This document shows positions 18,665-28,865 of a stretch of DNA of 64,000 bases, piece after piece. The stretch spans positions 21,097 to 85,096 of the forward strand of contig JARRQJ010000005.1 of assembly GCA_037381915.1 (NCBI GenBank). The letters run 5' to 3'. The first letter of the stretch is position 1. Each line of letters opens with the position of its first letter. This stretch comes from Gammaproteobacteria bacterium. GTDB taxonomy: Bacteria > Pseudomonadota > Gammaproteobacteria > DRLM01. The notes below the pieces were generated by a model. That model saw only the letters and a list, made by a program, of their open reading frames with translations. It had not been told where the DNA came from and made no database searches. The translations under genes were made by a program, and so were the position numbers.

Positions 18665-20515
18665 ATGCAGCAGCGCACCCACCTAAAAGACCACCTGCGA
18701 GAGACCCACTCCTTTACCAATCGGGTGGTGATCGCCTTGGTGTGCGTGGGCTTGTTGTTAGGGGTCGTGATCGTGCGTCTGGTCTATCTGCAGATCGTCA
18801 ATCATGAACATTTCGCCACGCTCTCGGAAAATAACCGCGTCAACATCGTTCCGGTGCCGCCTACCCGCGGGCTGATCTTCGATCGCAACGGCGTACTGCT
18901 GGCGCAGAATCTGCCGTCCTTCAGCCTGGAGATTATCCCCGAACAGACCGACAATCTGGAGTCGACCTTAAAGGGTTTGCGAAAACTGATCGCGATCAGC
19001 GACGACGACCTGGACAGTTTTCGCAAGCGTTTGCAGCAGAAGCGGCCCTTCGAATCGATTCCCCTGCGCTTTCGGCTCGGCGAGGACGAGGTGGCGCGCT
19101 TCGCCGTCAACCGTTACCGCTTTCCCGGGGTGGACGTTCAGGCGCGACTGACCCGCGACTATCCCTTCGGCAAGATCGCCTCACATACCATCGGCTACGT
19201 CGGCCGTATCAATGAGGAGGAATTGAATCAAGTCGATCCCTCCAATTACAGCGGTACTACCCACATCGGCAAGACCGGCGTGGAAAAGTCTTACGAGAAC
19301 ATCCTGCACGGGACGGTGGGTTATCAGCATGAGGAGAGTAACGCCCGCGGGCGGGTTTTGCGGGTGCTGCAGCGCATTCCGCCCAAGCCCGGCGAGAATC
19401 TCTATCTGACGATTGATATGGATCTGCAGACGGTCGCCGAATCGTCCTTGGAGGGGAAGCGCGGCGCCTTGGTGGCGATCAATCCCAAGACCGGCGAAGT
19501 ATTGGCAATGGTCAGCGCGCCCGGGGTCGATCCCAATCTTTTTGTCAACGGGATCAGTTCCCGGCAATATCAGGCCCTCCAGGATGACATCGATCAGCCG
19601 CTGTTTAATCGCGCTTTGACCGGCCAGTATCCGCCGGGATCGACGATAAAGCCCTTCATGGCCTTGGCGGGTCTGGAATATAAGGAGGTGACGCCCGCTA
19701 CCCAAGTATTGTGCCAAGGCTCTTATTCCTTGCCCGGCGACAGCCATCGCTATCGTGATTGGAAGCGGGGTGGGCACGGTTTCATGAATGTGACCACGGC
19801 CATCATGCATTCATGCGACGTGTATTTTTATCAGCTTGCCCACGACCTCGGGATCGATCGCATGCATAAATACCTCCACTATTTTGGCTTCGGCCAAAAG
19901 ACCGGGGTCGATCTGCCGGGGGAACTGGGAGGATTGTTGCCGTCGCGCGAATGGAAGAAGGCAGCGCGTCATGAGGTATGGTACCCGGGGGAGACGTTGA
20001 TCAGCGGTATCGGTCAGGGGTACGATCTGATTACGCCCATGCAATTGGCGGAGGCTACGGCGATTCTTGCCAACCGTGGGACGATCGTTCAACCTCATGT
20101 CGTGCATGCGACCCAGGTTTCCGGTGCCGAACCCGAGCCGGAGGCGCCCGTGGCACGGGGCAAGGTTCCCATCGCGTCGTCGAAGAATTGGGATACGGTG
20201 ATTTCGGCCATGGAAGATGCGGCAAACAAGCCGACGGGAACGGCATACAGGGTCGGTCACGGAGCGCCTTACCTGATCGCGGCCAAGACCGGGACGGCGC
20301 AGGTATTCGGCATTAAGCAAAACGAACGATATAAAGCCAAAGATGTGGAAGAACGCCTGCGCGACCACGCCCTCTTCATCGCCTTCGCGCCGGCCGATGA
20401 TCCGGAGATCGCCGTGGCGGTGGTGGTGGAAAACGGCGGGCACGGCGGCAGTGCGGCGGGTCCCATCGCACGGGCGGTGATGGATCGATACTTTTCCTCA
20501 AAACCGGCGTCATAG
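18665..20515 (+). CDS. mrdA: Penicillin-binding protein 2 (elongasome transpeptidase)
   Basis: PBP dimerisation plus transpeptidase domains (STIKP, SHR/SGN, KTGTA motifs). Confidence 0.95.
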   Translation: MQQRTHLKDHLRETHSFTNRVVIALVCVGLLLGVVIVRLVYLQIVNHEHFATLSENNRVNIVPVPPTRGLIFDRNGVLLAQNLPSFSLEIIPEQTDNLESTLKGLRKLIAISDDDLDSFRKRLQQKRPFESIPLRFRLGEDEVARFAVNRYRFPGVDVQARLTRDYPFGKIASHTIGYVGRINEEELNQVDPSNYSGTTHIGKTGVEKSYENILHGTVGYQHEESNARGRVLRVLQRIPPKPGENLYLTIDMDLQTVAESSLEGKRGALVAINPKTGEVLAMVSAPGVDPNLFVNGISSRQYQALQDDIDQPLFNRALTGQYPPGSTIKPFMALAGLEYKEVTPATQVLCQGSYSLPGDSHRYRDWKRGGHGFMNVTTAIMHSCDVYFYQLAHDLGIDRMHKYLHYFGFGQKTGVDLPGELGGLLPSREWKKAARHEVWYPGETLISGIGQGYDLITPMQLAEATAILANRGTIVQPHVVHATQVSGAEPEPEAPVARGKVPIASSKNWDTVISAMEDAANKPTGTAYRVGHGAPYLIAAKTGTAQVFGIKQNERYKAKDVEERLRDHALFIAFAPADDPEIAVAVVVENGGHGGSAAGPIARAVMDRYFSSKPAS

Positions 20516-20517
20516 AC

Positions 20518-21648
20518 ATGGCCATGGATATACAACAACCCCGCTGGTATGAGCGCCGTCGCAGCGGTCCGTTGATGCGCGAGCTGCACATGGACGTTCC
20601 GTTATTGGTGGGGTTGCTGCTGCTTTCCGCGGTGGGCTTGATCGTCCTTTACAGCGCCAGCGGGCAGAATATGGACGTGATCATCCGCCAGTGTATCCGT
20701 TTGGCGGCGGGCTTCACGGTCCTACTGCTGCTGGCGCGGATCCCCCCGCAACACTTCGCGCGCTGGATACCTTGGATATACGGCATCGGCGTGCTCCTGT
20801 TGCTCGCGGTACTGGTAATGGGCGAAATCGGCAAGGGTGCACAGCGCTGGTTGAACTTCGGGTTGCTGCGTTTCCAGCCGTCGGAGATGATGAAAGTGGT
20901 GGTGCCGATGATGGTGGCCTGGTATCTGGCGGAAAACCCTCTGCCGCCGAGTCGCCGCGCCGTGGTGGTGGCGAGCCTGATGATCATCGTCCCCACCTTC
21001 TTGATTATTCGCCAGCCTGATCTGGGGACCGCCCTGCTGGTGGCGAGTTCCGGCATCTTCGTCCTGTTGTTGTCGGGGATTTCCTGGTGGCTGGTCGCCT
21101 CGGTGGTGGGGCTGCTGGCCACCGCCGCACCAGTATTGTGGTATTTCCTGCGCGATTATCAAAAACAGCGGGTGCTCACTTTCTTGAATCCCGAGAGCGA
21201 CCCGTTGGGGGCCGGTTATCACATCATCCAATCCAAGATCGCCATCGGTTCGGGTGGCTTGTACGGCAAGGGTTGGCTCAACGGCACCCAGGCGCATTTG
21301 GATTTCCTGCCGGAGCATTCCACGGACTTCATTTTCGCCGTGCTGGCGGAGGAATTCGGTTTTATCGGGATTCTATTGCTATTGGCGATCTACTTTTTTA
21401 TCGTGGCGCGCGGACTCTACGTCGCCACTCAAGCCCAGAGCAGTTTTAACCGCCTGGTTGCCGGCAGCTTGATCCTGACCTTCTTTGTCTATGTGTTCGT
21501 CAATATCGGCATGGTGACCGGGCTGTTGCCGGTGGTGGGATTGCCGTTGCCCTTGGTGAGTTACGGCGGGACGTCCTTGGTGACCATGATGGCCGCTTTC
21601 GGCGTCTTGATGTCCATACACACCCATCGCCGCTTGCTGTCCAGCTAG
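20518..21648 (+). CDS. mrdB: SEDS-family peptidoglycan glycosyltransferase RodA
   Basis: FtsW/RodA-family 10-TM protein immediately after mrdA. Confidence 0.9.
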   Translation: MAMDIQQPRWYERRRSGPLMRELHMDVPLLVGLLLLSAVGLIVLYSASGQNMDVIIRQCIRLAAGFTVLLLLARIPPQHFARWIPWIYGIGVLLLLAVLVMGEIGKGAQRWLNFGLLRFQPSEMMKVVVPMMVAWYLAENPLPPSRRAVVVASLMIIVPTFLIIRQPDLGTALLVASSGIFVLLLSGISWWLVASVVGLLATAAPVLWYFLRDYQKQRVLTFLNPESDPLGAGYHIIQSKIAIGSGGLYGKGWLNGTQAHLDFLPEHSTDFIFAVLAEEFGFIGILLLLAIYFFIVARGLYVATQAQSSFNRLVAGSLILTFFVYVFVNIGMVTGLLPVVGLPLPLVSYGGTSLVTMMAAFGVLMSIHTHRRLLSS

Positions 21649-21660
21649 GCCGGATCGCGC

Positions 21661-22683
21661 ATGCAGGCCTGGCGGAATATCGCGCTTATCCCCTTTTTCC
21701 TGGTGGCATGCACCAGCATGGCCAGGGCTCCCGACCTTTCCCGGCAAGGCGACATGGGCGCCTTTATCACCGAGATGGTGCAACGCCACGGTTTTGACCG
21801 GGCGCAATTGGAGTCATGGTTTCGGGCGACGCGGGTACGCGGCGACATCATTGATGCGATTTCCCGGCCGGCGGAGAGCAAGCCGTGGTACCAATATCGG
21901 CCGATCTTTTTGCAGGCGGGACGCATCGAGGGCGGGGTGCAATTCTGGACTGAACACGCCCAGGCGCTGGACCGTGCTGAAAAAATCTATGGGGTACCCC
22001 CGCAGATCATTACGGCCATCCTGGGTGTGGAAACACGTTACGGCAGCCGTCAAGGCCGTTACCGGGTGATGGATTCCCTGGTCACCCTGGCGTTCGATTA
22101 TCCGCCGCGCGCCGCGTTCTTCAAGGATGAACTGGAACAGTATCTATTGCTGGCCCGGGAGGAGGGCCTCGACCCCCTGGCCGTGACCGGGTCGTATGCA
22201 GGGGCCATGGGTCAGACCCAGTTCATCGCCAGCAGTTACCGCCATTATGCCGTTGATTTTGACGGCGACGGTGAGCGGGATTTGTGGCATAACGCCGCGG
22301 ATGCCGTCGGCAGCGTCGGCAATTACTTCAAGGAGCACGGTTGGCAGCGAGGTGCTGCGATTGCAGTTCCCGTCATGGTCGGAGACGCGCGAGTTGCAGC
22401 CTTGGTGGCCAAGGGGCTCAAACCCTCCTTCAGAGTTGTGGATTTGCAGCATCGCGGGATCAAACTGGGGAAGCCGCTTTCCGGAGACGACATGGTTGCG
22501 CTCATCGAGTTGGAACAACAGGATGGGCCCGAATATTGGGCGGGTTTGCAGAATTTTTACGTGATTACTCGCTATAATCACAGTCCCTTGTACGCGATGG
22601 CGGTCTATCAGCTGAGTGAAGAGATCCGCGACATGCACGATAAACAGTCGGATGATAATGAACACGTGGGGCGCCGGCACTAG
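21661..22683 (+). CDS. mltB: Lytic murein transglycosylase B
   Basis: Lipobox-like LVAC plus MltB/Slt35 motifs (ILGVETRYG). Confidence 0.85.
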   Translation: MQAWRNIALIPFFLVACTSMARAPDLSRQGDMGAFITEMVQRHGFDRAQLESWFRATRVRGDIIDAISRPAESKPWYQYRPIFLQAGRIEGGVQFWTEHAQALDRAEKIYGVPPQIITAILGVETRYGSRQGRYRVMDSLVTLAFDYPPRAAFFKDELEQYLLLAREEGLDPLAVTGSYAGAMGQTQFIASSYRHYAVDFDGDGERDLWHNAADAVGSVGNYFKEHGWQRGAAIAVPVMVGDARVAALVAKGLKPSFRVVDLQHRGIKLGKPLSGDDMVALIELEQQDGPEYWAGLQNFYVITRYNHSPLYAMAVYQLSEEIRDMHDKQSDDNEHVGRRH

Positions 22684-22684
22684 C

Positions 22685-23548
22685 ATGCGCGCTTCGTACC
22701 TTACCGGCGTGGCGGGGATACGTCGGCACGGACGGCGCGCCTGGTGGGCGCTGATATTACTCCCATTTCTCTCGTCATGCGGCAGCTTGCCCCCATCCCG
22801 CAGTGGTTTGGGCCAGGACGGGCCGCCCCCGGTACCGGTTGACGCCGCGGCGATTCCCGATGCGGTGCCGCGCGTCGAGCCGCGTAGCCCCTACGGCAAT
22901 CCCCCTTATTATGAGGTCGACGGTCGGCGCTATTACATTATGAAGAGCAGTAAGGGCTACGTGGAGCGCGGTATCGCCTCATGGTACGGTTCGAAATTTC
23001 ACGGTCGGCGCACGTCCAGCGGCGAGCTTTACAATATGACCGCCATGACCGCGGCCCACCGCACCCTCCCCATCCCGACCTATGTCCAAGTCACCAACCT
23101 GCGCAACGGGCGCAAAGTGATCGTCAAGGTCAACGATCGCGGTCCTTTTGTGCGTAATCGGATCATCGACCTTTCCTATGTGGCGGCGGTGAAGCTCGGG
23201 ATTACCGCCAAGGGTACGGGATTGGTGGAGGTGCGGGCCATCGATCCGTCCCGGCGGGCGCGACTTACCCAAGTCAAGGCCGGTTCCGACGCCGGTCACG
23301 CCGCCTCCGACCTGTATCTGCAAGTCGGCGCCTTCACCGACCGCAAGAACGCGGAGCGTTTGTCGCGACGCGTGGACTCGCTCAAGCCGGGTGCCGCGAT
23401 TCAGGTCAGCGAGGCCAGTAGCGCCAGGGGCAGTGTGCCGATTTTTCGAGTACGCATCGGCCCCTTGCCCGACGTCGATGCGGTGGACAGCTTGACGCGT
23501 AAACTGAGCAATATCGGCGTCGTTGATTCCCAGGTTGTGATAAACTGA
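22685..23548 (+). CDS. rlpA: Septal ring lytic transglycosylase RlpA (DPBB domain) with C-terminal SPOR domain
   Basis: Lipobox LSSCG, DPBB region (ASWYGSKFHGRRTSSGELYNMTAMTAAH) and C-terminal SPOR (LQVGAF...RVRIGPL). Start chosen just after the mltB stop; alternative in-frame starts begin at 22616. Confidence 0.85.
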   Translation: MRASYLTGVAGIRRHGRRAWWALILLPFLSSCGSLPPSRSGLGQDGPPPVPVDAAAIPDAVPRVEPRSPYGNPPYYEVDGRRYYIMKSSKGYVERGIASWYGSKFHGRRTSSGELYNMTAMTAAHRTLPIPTYVQVTNLRNGRKVIVKVNDRGPFVRNRIIDLSYVAAVKLGITAKGTGLVEVRAIDPSRRARLTQVKAGSDAGHAASDLYLQVGAFTDRKNAERLSRRVDSLKPGAAIQVSEASSARGSVPIFRVRIGPLPDVDAVDSLTRKLSNIGVVDSQVVIN

Positions 23549-23696
23549 ACCGTCAGCGACGGCAGGGCTGTAAATTGCCGCGATGCGCGCTAAAATACCA
23601 TCCTATCATCCGCTTTTATTCTTACCGAGCACCGTGCCGCGCCGATTGGCTGAGGCACTCATCCAACAAGGGTTTCTGCCAGTGAAGTTGACGTTT

Positions 23697-24854
23697 ATGA
23701 AATCATTCTTCCGCGCAATATTGCGAGGATCATATTGCTTATTCCTAATCTCCGCGTCATGGAGCGGTATCGCCGCAGCGGCCATGAATATACCGCCGCC
23801 GCCCGCCATCAAGGCGCGGGCCTATATTTTGATGGATTACGACAGCGGCCAGGTTCTCGCGGCGTCCAAGGCCGACGCGCGCATGCAACCGGCGAGCCTG
23901 ACCAAATTGATGACGTCTTACGTGATCTATAAGGAGATGCGGGACGGCCGCATCAAGCTCAGTGACATGGTAACCATCAGCAAGCACGCCTGGCGTATGG
24001 GGGGGTCCCGGACCTTCGTCCCGGTGGGCAAGAAGGTGTCCGTGGAAGATCTGCTCAAGGGTATGATCGTCCAGTCAGGAAACGATGCTACGGTGGCCTT
24101 GGCGGAGTACGTCGGCGGCAGTGAAGATGTATTCGTGTCGATCATGAATCAGGAGGCGAAACGCCTCGGGATGACCGGTACTCATTTCGTGGACAGTACC
24201 GGCATGCCCAACGCCGACCACTATACCACCGCCCACGATCTCGCCGTGCTGACACGCGCCATCATCAAGGAATTTCCCGACCATTACCAGCTTTATTCGA
24301 TGCGCACCTTCACCTTCAACGGCATCACCCAGCACAACCGCAATAAATTGTTGTGGCGCGATAAGACGGTGGACGGTGTCAAGACCGGCCATACCGAATC
24401 GGCAGGCTATTGTCTGGTGGCCTCGGCGCTGCAGAATCATATGCGGCTCATCTCCGTGGTCTTGGGGACCGACAGCGAAGAGGCGCGGGCGGATGAAAGT
24501 GAGAAGCTGTTGCGCTACGGTTTTCGTTTCTATGAAACCCATCGTCTGTATGCCGCCAACAAGCCCTTGTCCACGGTGAAGATCTGGAAAGGGGCGACCG
24601 ACAGGCTGCCGCTGGGGCTGCGCCGCGAATTATATGTCACCATCCCGCGCGGTGCGTATGACAAGCTCGACGCCAAGATGAAATTTCAACAACCCATCGT
24701 TGCCCCCGCCAGCAAAGGAAAGCTCTACGGCAGCTTGAACGTCAGCCTTGATGGTCAGACCGTGGTGACCAAGCCCCTGGTTGCCTTGAAGAATGTGGCG
24801 GAGGGCGGTTTTTTCCAGCAGGTCATGGACGACGTCATGCTGTGGTTTGAATAG
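23697..24854 (+). CDS. dacA: D-alanyl-D-alanine carboxypeptidase (PBP5/6 family)
   Basis: SLTKLMT (SXXK), SGN and KTG motifs. Start chosen at the Met preceding the signal peptide; the ORF extends upstream to 23583. Confidence 0.9.
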   Translation: MKSFFRAILRGSYCLFLISASWSGIAAAAMNIPPPPAIKARAYILMDYDSGQVLAASKADARMQPASLTKLMTSYVIYKEMRDGRIKLSDMVTISKHAWRMGGSRTFVPVGKKVSVEDLLKGMIVQSGNDATVALAEYVGGSEDVFVSIMNQEAKRLGMTGTHFVDSTGMPNADHYTTAHDLAVLTRAIIKEFPDHYQLYSMRTFTFNGITQHNRNKLLWRDKTVDGVKTGHTESAGYCLVASALQNHMRLISVVLGTDSEEARADESEKLLRYGFRFYETHRLYAANKPLSTVKIWKGATDRLPLGLRRELYVTIPRGAYDKLDAKMKFQQPIVAPASKGKLYGSLNVSLDGQTVVTKPLVALKNVAEGGFFQQVMDDVMLWFE

Positions 24855-24861
24855 GCGGCGG

Positions 24862-25731
24862 ATGGATATCGTCTATCTCAATGGGGAATTTCTGCCCGTC
24901 GAACGGGCGCGGGTCTCGGTTCAGGATCGCGGATTTATCTTCGGTGACGGCGTCTATGAGGTCATTCCGGCGTACGGTGGCCGTCTGTTCCGGCTGGACC
25001 AACACCTGCAGCGTCTGGCGCGGAGTTTGGCGGAGATCCGGCTGACAAACCCCGCGAGCGGTGAGCAGTGGCGGCAGTGTCTACAGGAGCTGGTAACGCA
25101 CAACGGCGGCGGCGATCAATCGGTATACGTGCAGATCACGCGAGGGGCTGCCCCGCGCGACCACGCCTTTCCCGGTGAGGTCAAACCTACAGTCTATGCG
25201 GCATCCAGTGTGCTGCGACCCATGTCGCCGGATGCGGCGGAGTACGGCGTGGCGGCCGTTACCTTGCCCGACATCCGCTGGCAGCGTTGCGATATCAAGG
25301 CCATCACCTTGTTGCCCAACATCCTGTTGCGGCAGCAGGCCATCGACCAAGGGGCCGTTGAGGCGATCCTGACGCGGGACGGCCACGTCAATGAAGGGGC
25401 GGCGAGTAATCTGTTCATCGTCAAGGCGGGCGTGCTGTTGACCCCGCCCAAGGGACCGCATCTGCTGCCGGGAATCACGCGCGACCTGATATTGGAATTG
25501 GCGGCGTCCCATGGCATCGCCTATCGCGAGGAGCCGATCACGACCGGGGATCTGGCGCTTGCCGAGGAGGTGTGGTTGACCAGTTCCACGCGGGAAATCC
25601 TCCCAGTGACCCGCCTCGACCAGGTCGCGGTGGGGAATGGCAAGCCCGGTCCCTTGTGGCGGAAGATGATAAGCTTGTATCAAGACTACAAACAGGGCGT
25701 GCGCGAACGGGGCGAGGCGCCGGCGGCTTGA
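24862..25731 (+). CDS. Class IV (fold type IV) PLP aminotransferase (D-amino-acid aminotransferase/PabC-like)
   Basis: MDIVYLNGEFLPVERARVSVQDRGFIFGDGVYEVI... is typical of the Dat/IlvE/PabC family. Exact substrate cannot be assigned from sequence. Confidence 0.8.
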   Translation: MDIVYLNGEFLPVERARVSVQDRGFIFGDGVYEVIPAYGGRLFRLDQHLQRLARSLAEIRLTNPASGEQWRQCLQELVTHNGGGDQSVYVQITRGAAPRDHAFPGEVKPTVYAASSVLRPMSPDAAEYGVAAVTLPDIRWQRCDIKAITLLPNILLRQQAIDQGAVEAILTRDGHVNEGAASNLFIVKAGVLLTPPKGPHLLPGITRDLILELAASHGIAYREEPITTGDLALAEEVWLTSSTREILPVTRLDQVAVGNGKPGPLWRKMISLYQDYKQGVRERGEAPAA

Positions 25732-25772
25732 CGGCGCCTCGCCCCGTTCGCCGCACGCAGAGTTGCAGACCC

Positions 25773-26063
25773 ATGCATCGCGATGAACTCCCAATACCCG
25801 GTAGCGATGAATCCCCCTTGCAGTTTCCCTGCGCCTTTCCGATCAAGGCCATGGGGCCGGCGACAGCATCCTTTGACGCCTTGGTGGTGAGCATCGTGCG
25901 GCGCCACACCCCCGATATCGCCGAGGGGGCGGTGACGGTGCGGCCTAGCGCGGCGGGCAAATACCTGGCGGTAACGGTGACTATTCAGGCGCGGAGCCGG
26001 GCGCAGTTGGATGCCATTTATCAGGACCTGGTGGCCTGCGAACAGGTACTGGTTGCGCTATGA
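25773..26063 (+). CDS. ybeD: UPF0250 protein YbeD
   Basis: About 96-aa YbeD-like protein immediately upstream of lipB (conserved ybeD-lipB-lipA order). Start at the internal ATG by homology. Confidence 0.8.
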   Translation: MHRDELPIPGSDESPLQFPCAFPIKAMGPATASFDALVVSIVRRHTPDIAEGAVTVRPSAAGKYLAVTVTIQARSRAQLDAIYQDLVACEQVLVAL

Positions 26064-26734
26064 TCGCGCCGGCCGGGCTGGTGGTGCGTAATCTGGGATG
26101 CCAGGCATACGTCAAGGTGTGGCGGGCCATGCAGGTCTTCACCGATGAGCGGGACGCGCACCGGGGTGACGAATTGTGGCTGGTGGAGCATCCGCCGGTA
26201 TACACCTTGGGGCTCAATGGCAAGCCCGAGCATGTACTTGAGCCGGCGGGTGTGCCGGTGGTGGCGGTGGACCGCGGCGGTCAGGTTACCTATCACGGTC
26301 CGGGACAGACCGTGGTCTACGCCCTGCTGGACTTGCGTCGTTTGGGCTTGGGGCCCAGGCAATTGGTGATGGCCTTGGAACAGGGTGTGATCGACCTGCT
26401 GGCCGAATACGAGATTGACGCCATCGGCCGCCGCGATGCGCCGGGGGTTTACGTCGGCGGGGCCAAGATCGCCGCCGTGGGGCTGCGGGTGCGGCGCGGC
26501 TGCTGTTATCATGGGCTCAGTTTTAACGTGGCCATGGATTTGGAGCCCTTCAGGCGTATCAATCCCTGCGGTTATTCCGGCATGGCAGTGACGCAGCTCA
26601 GTGACTTGGCGCCAGTGGCGGACCATGCAGCCGTCGCCCGCCGGCTGGCCGATAAACTTGCCGGGCGTCTCGGTATGGGGATGACGTGGGCGGGCGGCGC
26701 TCAGCTCGAGCGCAACGCCTCCCGCTTTGCTTAA
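26060..26734 (+). CDS. lipB: Octanoyltransferase LipB
   Basis: [13 protein letters not shown]...[14 protein letters not shown] matches LipB. Confidence 0.9.
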   Translation: MIAPAGLVVRNLGCQAYVKVWRAMQVFTDERDAHRGDELWLVEHPPVYTLGLNGKPEHVLEPAGVPVVAVDRGGQVTYHGPGQTVVYALLDLRRLGLGPRQLVMALEQGVIDLLAEYEIDAIGRRDAPGVYVGGAKIAAVGLRVRRGCCYHGLSFNVAMDLEPFRRINPCGYSGMAVTQLSDLAPVADHAAVARRLADKLAGRLGMGMTWAGGAQLERNASRFA

Positions 26735-26748
26735 GCTTAGGAGAAGTC

Positions 26749-27711
26749 ATGTCGTCTATGAAAAGAGGAGCGGCGGCCGGCACGGTGCGGGAGCGTGGTG
26801 CCGCCAAGGTCGCGCGCATCCCGGTCAAGATCGAACCCACGGTGGAGTTTCTGCGTAAACCCCGGTGGATCCGCGCCAAGGCGCCCACCTCGCCGGAAGT
26901 GTCGCGTCTGAAAACGGTGCTGCGCGAGCACCGCCTGCATACGGTGTGCGAGGAGGCCTCCTGCCCCAATCTTGGCGAATGTTTCAGTCACGGTACCGCC
27001 ACCTTCATGATCATGGGCGATCTTTGTACCCGACGTTGCCCATTTTGCGACGTAGCGCACGGCCGTCCCGGGATGCTGGACGGGGAGGAACCCGCCAACC
27101 TGGCCAAGACCATCGCCGCCATGGACCTGCGGTATGTGGTGATTACGTCGGTGGATCGCGATGATCTGCGCGACGGCGGCGCCGGGCATTTTAAGGCCTG
27201 TATTGACGAAGTGCGCCGCCAGTCTCCCCATACCAAGATCGAGATTCTGGTGCCGGATTTTCGCGGCCGGGCCGATGCGGCCTTGGAAATATTGGGCGAG
27301 TCTCCGCCCGATGTGTTCAATCACAATCTGGAAACCATTCCACGGCTGTACAAAGCCGTGCGCCCGGGAGCGGATTACCGGGGCTCGCTGCGCTTGCTGC
27401 AGCACTTCAAGGAGTACCGTCCCGAAGTTCCCACCAAATCCGGCTTGATGCTGGGTCTGGGAGAGGACCCTGCAGAAATCGAAGCGGTCATGGCGGACTT
27501 GCGTCAACATGGATGTGACATGCTGACCCTCGGCCAGTATTTGCAACCCAGCCGTCACCACCTGCCCGTGACCAGATATGTAACGCCAGATGAATTTGCG
27601 GTCCTGGGGGAACGTGCCAAGGCCTTGGGTTTCAGTAACGTTGCCAGCGGACCCATGGTCCGTTCTTCGTATCACGCCGATCTTCAAGCCGCAGGCCAGG
27701 TGGTTTCCTGA
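26749..27711 (+). CDS. lipA: Lipoyl synthase
   Basis: CPNLGEC plus radical-SAM CTRRCPFC motifs. AGGAGAAGTC-ATG start. Confidence 0.95.
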   Translation: MSSMKRGAAAGTVRERGAAKVARIPVKIEPTVEFLRKPRWIRAKAPTSPEVSRLKTVLREHRLHTVCEEASCPNLGECFSHGTATFMIMGDLCTRRCPFCDVAHGRPGMLDGEEPANLAKTIAAMDLRYVVITSVDRDDLRDGGAGHFKACIDEVRRQSPHTKIEILVPDFRGRADAALEILGESPPDVFNHNLETIPRLYKAVRPGADYRGSLRLLQHFKEYRPEVPTKSGLMLGLGEDPAEIEAVMADLRQHGCDMLTLGQYLQPSRHHLPVTRYVTPDEFAVLGERAKALGFSNVASGPMVRSSYHADLQAAGQVVS

Positions 27712-27785
27712 CTACTTAACACCGGGTTAACCCTCCGCATGCTTATGGCTGTATACTGATTGGACCGTTGAGGCATGGCGGAATC

Positions 27786-28265
27786 CTATTCACCGCGGGT
27801 GCTCATCACCGCATAATGCAGCACCAACTTGCCGCGCGGGGCGAGGGGCGAGCTGAGGTACAGCGGTTCACGGAAATCGCGGGCCTGCCCGGGGGGGACC
27901 TCGGGTTTGAGTGTAATGTCCGTCTGGTTGATAACCTCGCAGTGGCCGTTTTTCGCGCAATCTTCCATGGAAACGCGCAGCTGCAGTTCGGTCAGGGTGT
28001 ATTTTTGGGAATGATTGCGAACGCGGCCGGTAACCTGTCTGCCCCGCGTCTCATGGGTGATTTTCATGTCCGCCAGCTCAACTTCCGCCACGGGAATACG
28101 TCGCTTAGAGAGGTCCAATTCATGATTCTGATACCAGGCCAGATAACCGATGATGCCGATGACCATGGCAAGCGCCACGGGAAGTACGCGGCCGGCATTC
28201 GAGTTGGTAAAGGCCACCCCGATCAATACCAGTACCAGGATTAGACCCAGTAAGCCCCAGATCAT
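27786..28265 (-). CDS. Hypothetical membrane protein (two N-terminal TM helices plus about 100-aa soluble domain with a CxxxxxHC pair)
   Basis: Hydrophobic N-terminus (MIWGLLGLILVLVLIGVAF...VIGIIGYLAWY) then a charged domain. The opposite-strand ORF looks like antisense noise. No recognisable family. Confidence 0.5.
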   Translation of the reverse strand: MIWGLLGLILVLVLIGVAFTNSNAGRVLPVALAMVIGIIGYLAWYQNHELDLSKRRIPVAEVELADMKITHETRGRQVTGRVRNHSQKYTLTELQLRVSMEDCAKNGHCEVINQTDITLKPEVPPGQARDFREPLYLSSPLAPRGKLVLHYAVMSTRGE

Positions 28266-28865
28266 CTATATGCCTCAGCGATTCGCTCTTGAAAACATGG
28301 CGACACGATTTCCTTATGTTTGGCGGGCGTGGGCGTGATTATGACGGGAAATACACACTGAACCCGGAAAGCTTAGTCGATGCGGGAAGCTAAATATGGA
28401 TGGCAATGCCGAGCGGCAGATGCTGTGTTTCTTGGTCAGCGGAATCATGGCGGCGTTCGTGGGTCCGTCTTTCGTAGTGGCTGCGGGTGTCGGGCAATAC
28501 GACGGATTGGCGGTTCTGGCCGCGGCAGTCACGACGGCGTTCCTCGGGAATGCTGGTCGGTGCCGAGCGGATGGGAGATGATTGAGGGACTATGCCAGTG
28601 GTGGTGGTGGTGAGCGAGGATACGGACGCAGTGGCTTTGCTGAGGTTGGCCTGTTCAAGGCGCAGCAACCCAAGATCGTCGCGCGGTAGCTTGAGCACCA
28701 TCACAGTGTTTGTCCCATCAGTTGCCTCTCCTTTTCTAGTTAGCAGAAGTTAAGGCAATTCGTCAATCGCCTCGCTCTGGGTGCTTCGAAGGAACGAGCG
28801 CCATGCTCGCGGCAATAAGCATGGCATAATCTAGAAATTTTTTATAGATCAAACAGGTTCAATGA

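Noticed and set aside
28390-28704. Small ORFs in the 28266-28865 divergent intergenic region (104 aa minus strand; 61 aa plus strand)
   Set aside because: No convincing RBS or homology, and the minus-strand ORF is Thr/Ser/Arg low-complexity. The 61-aa hydrophobic ORF is mentioned in a finding but not called as a feature.
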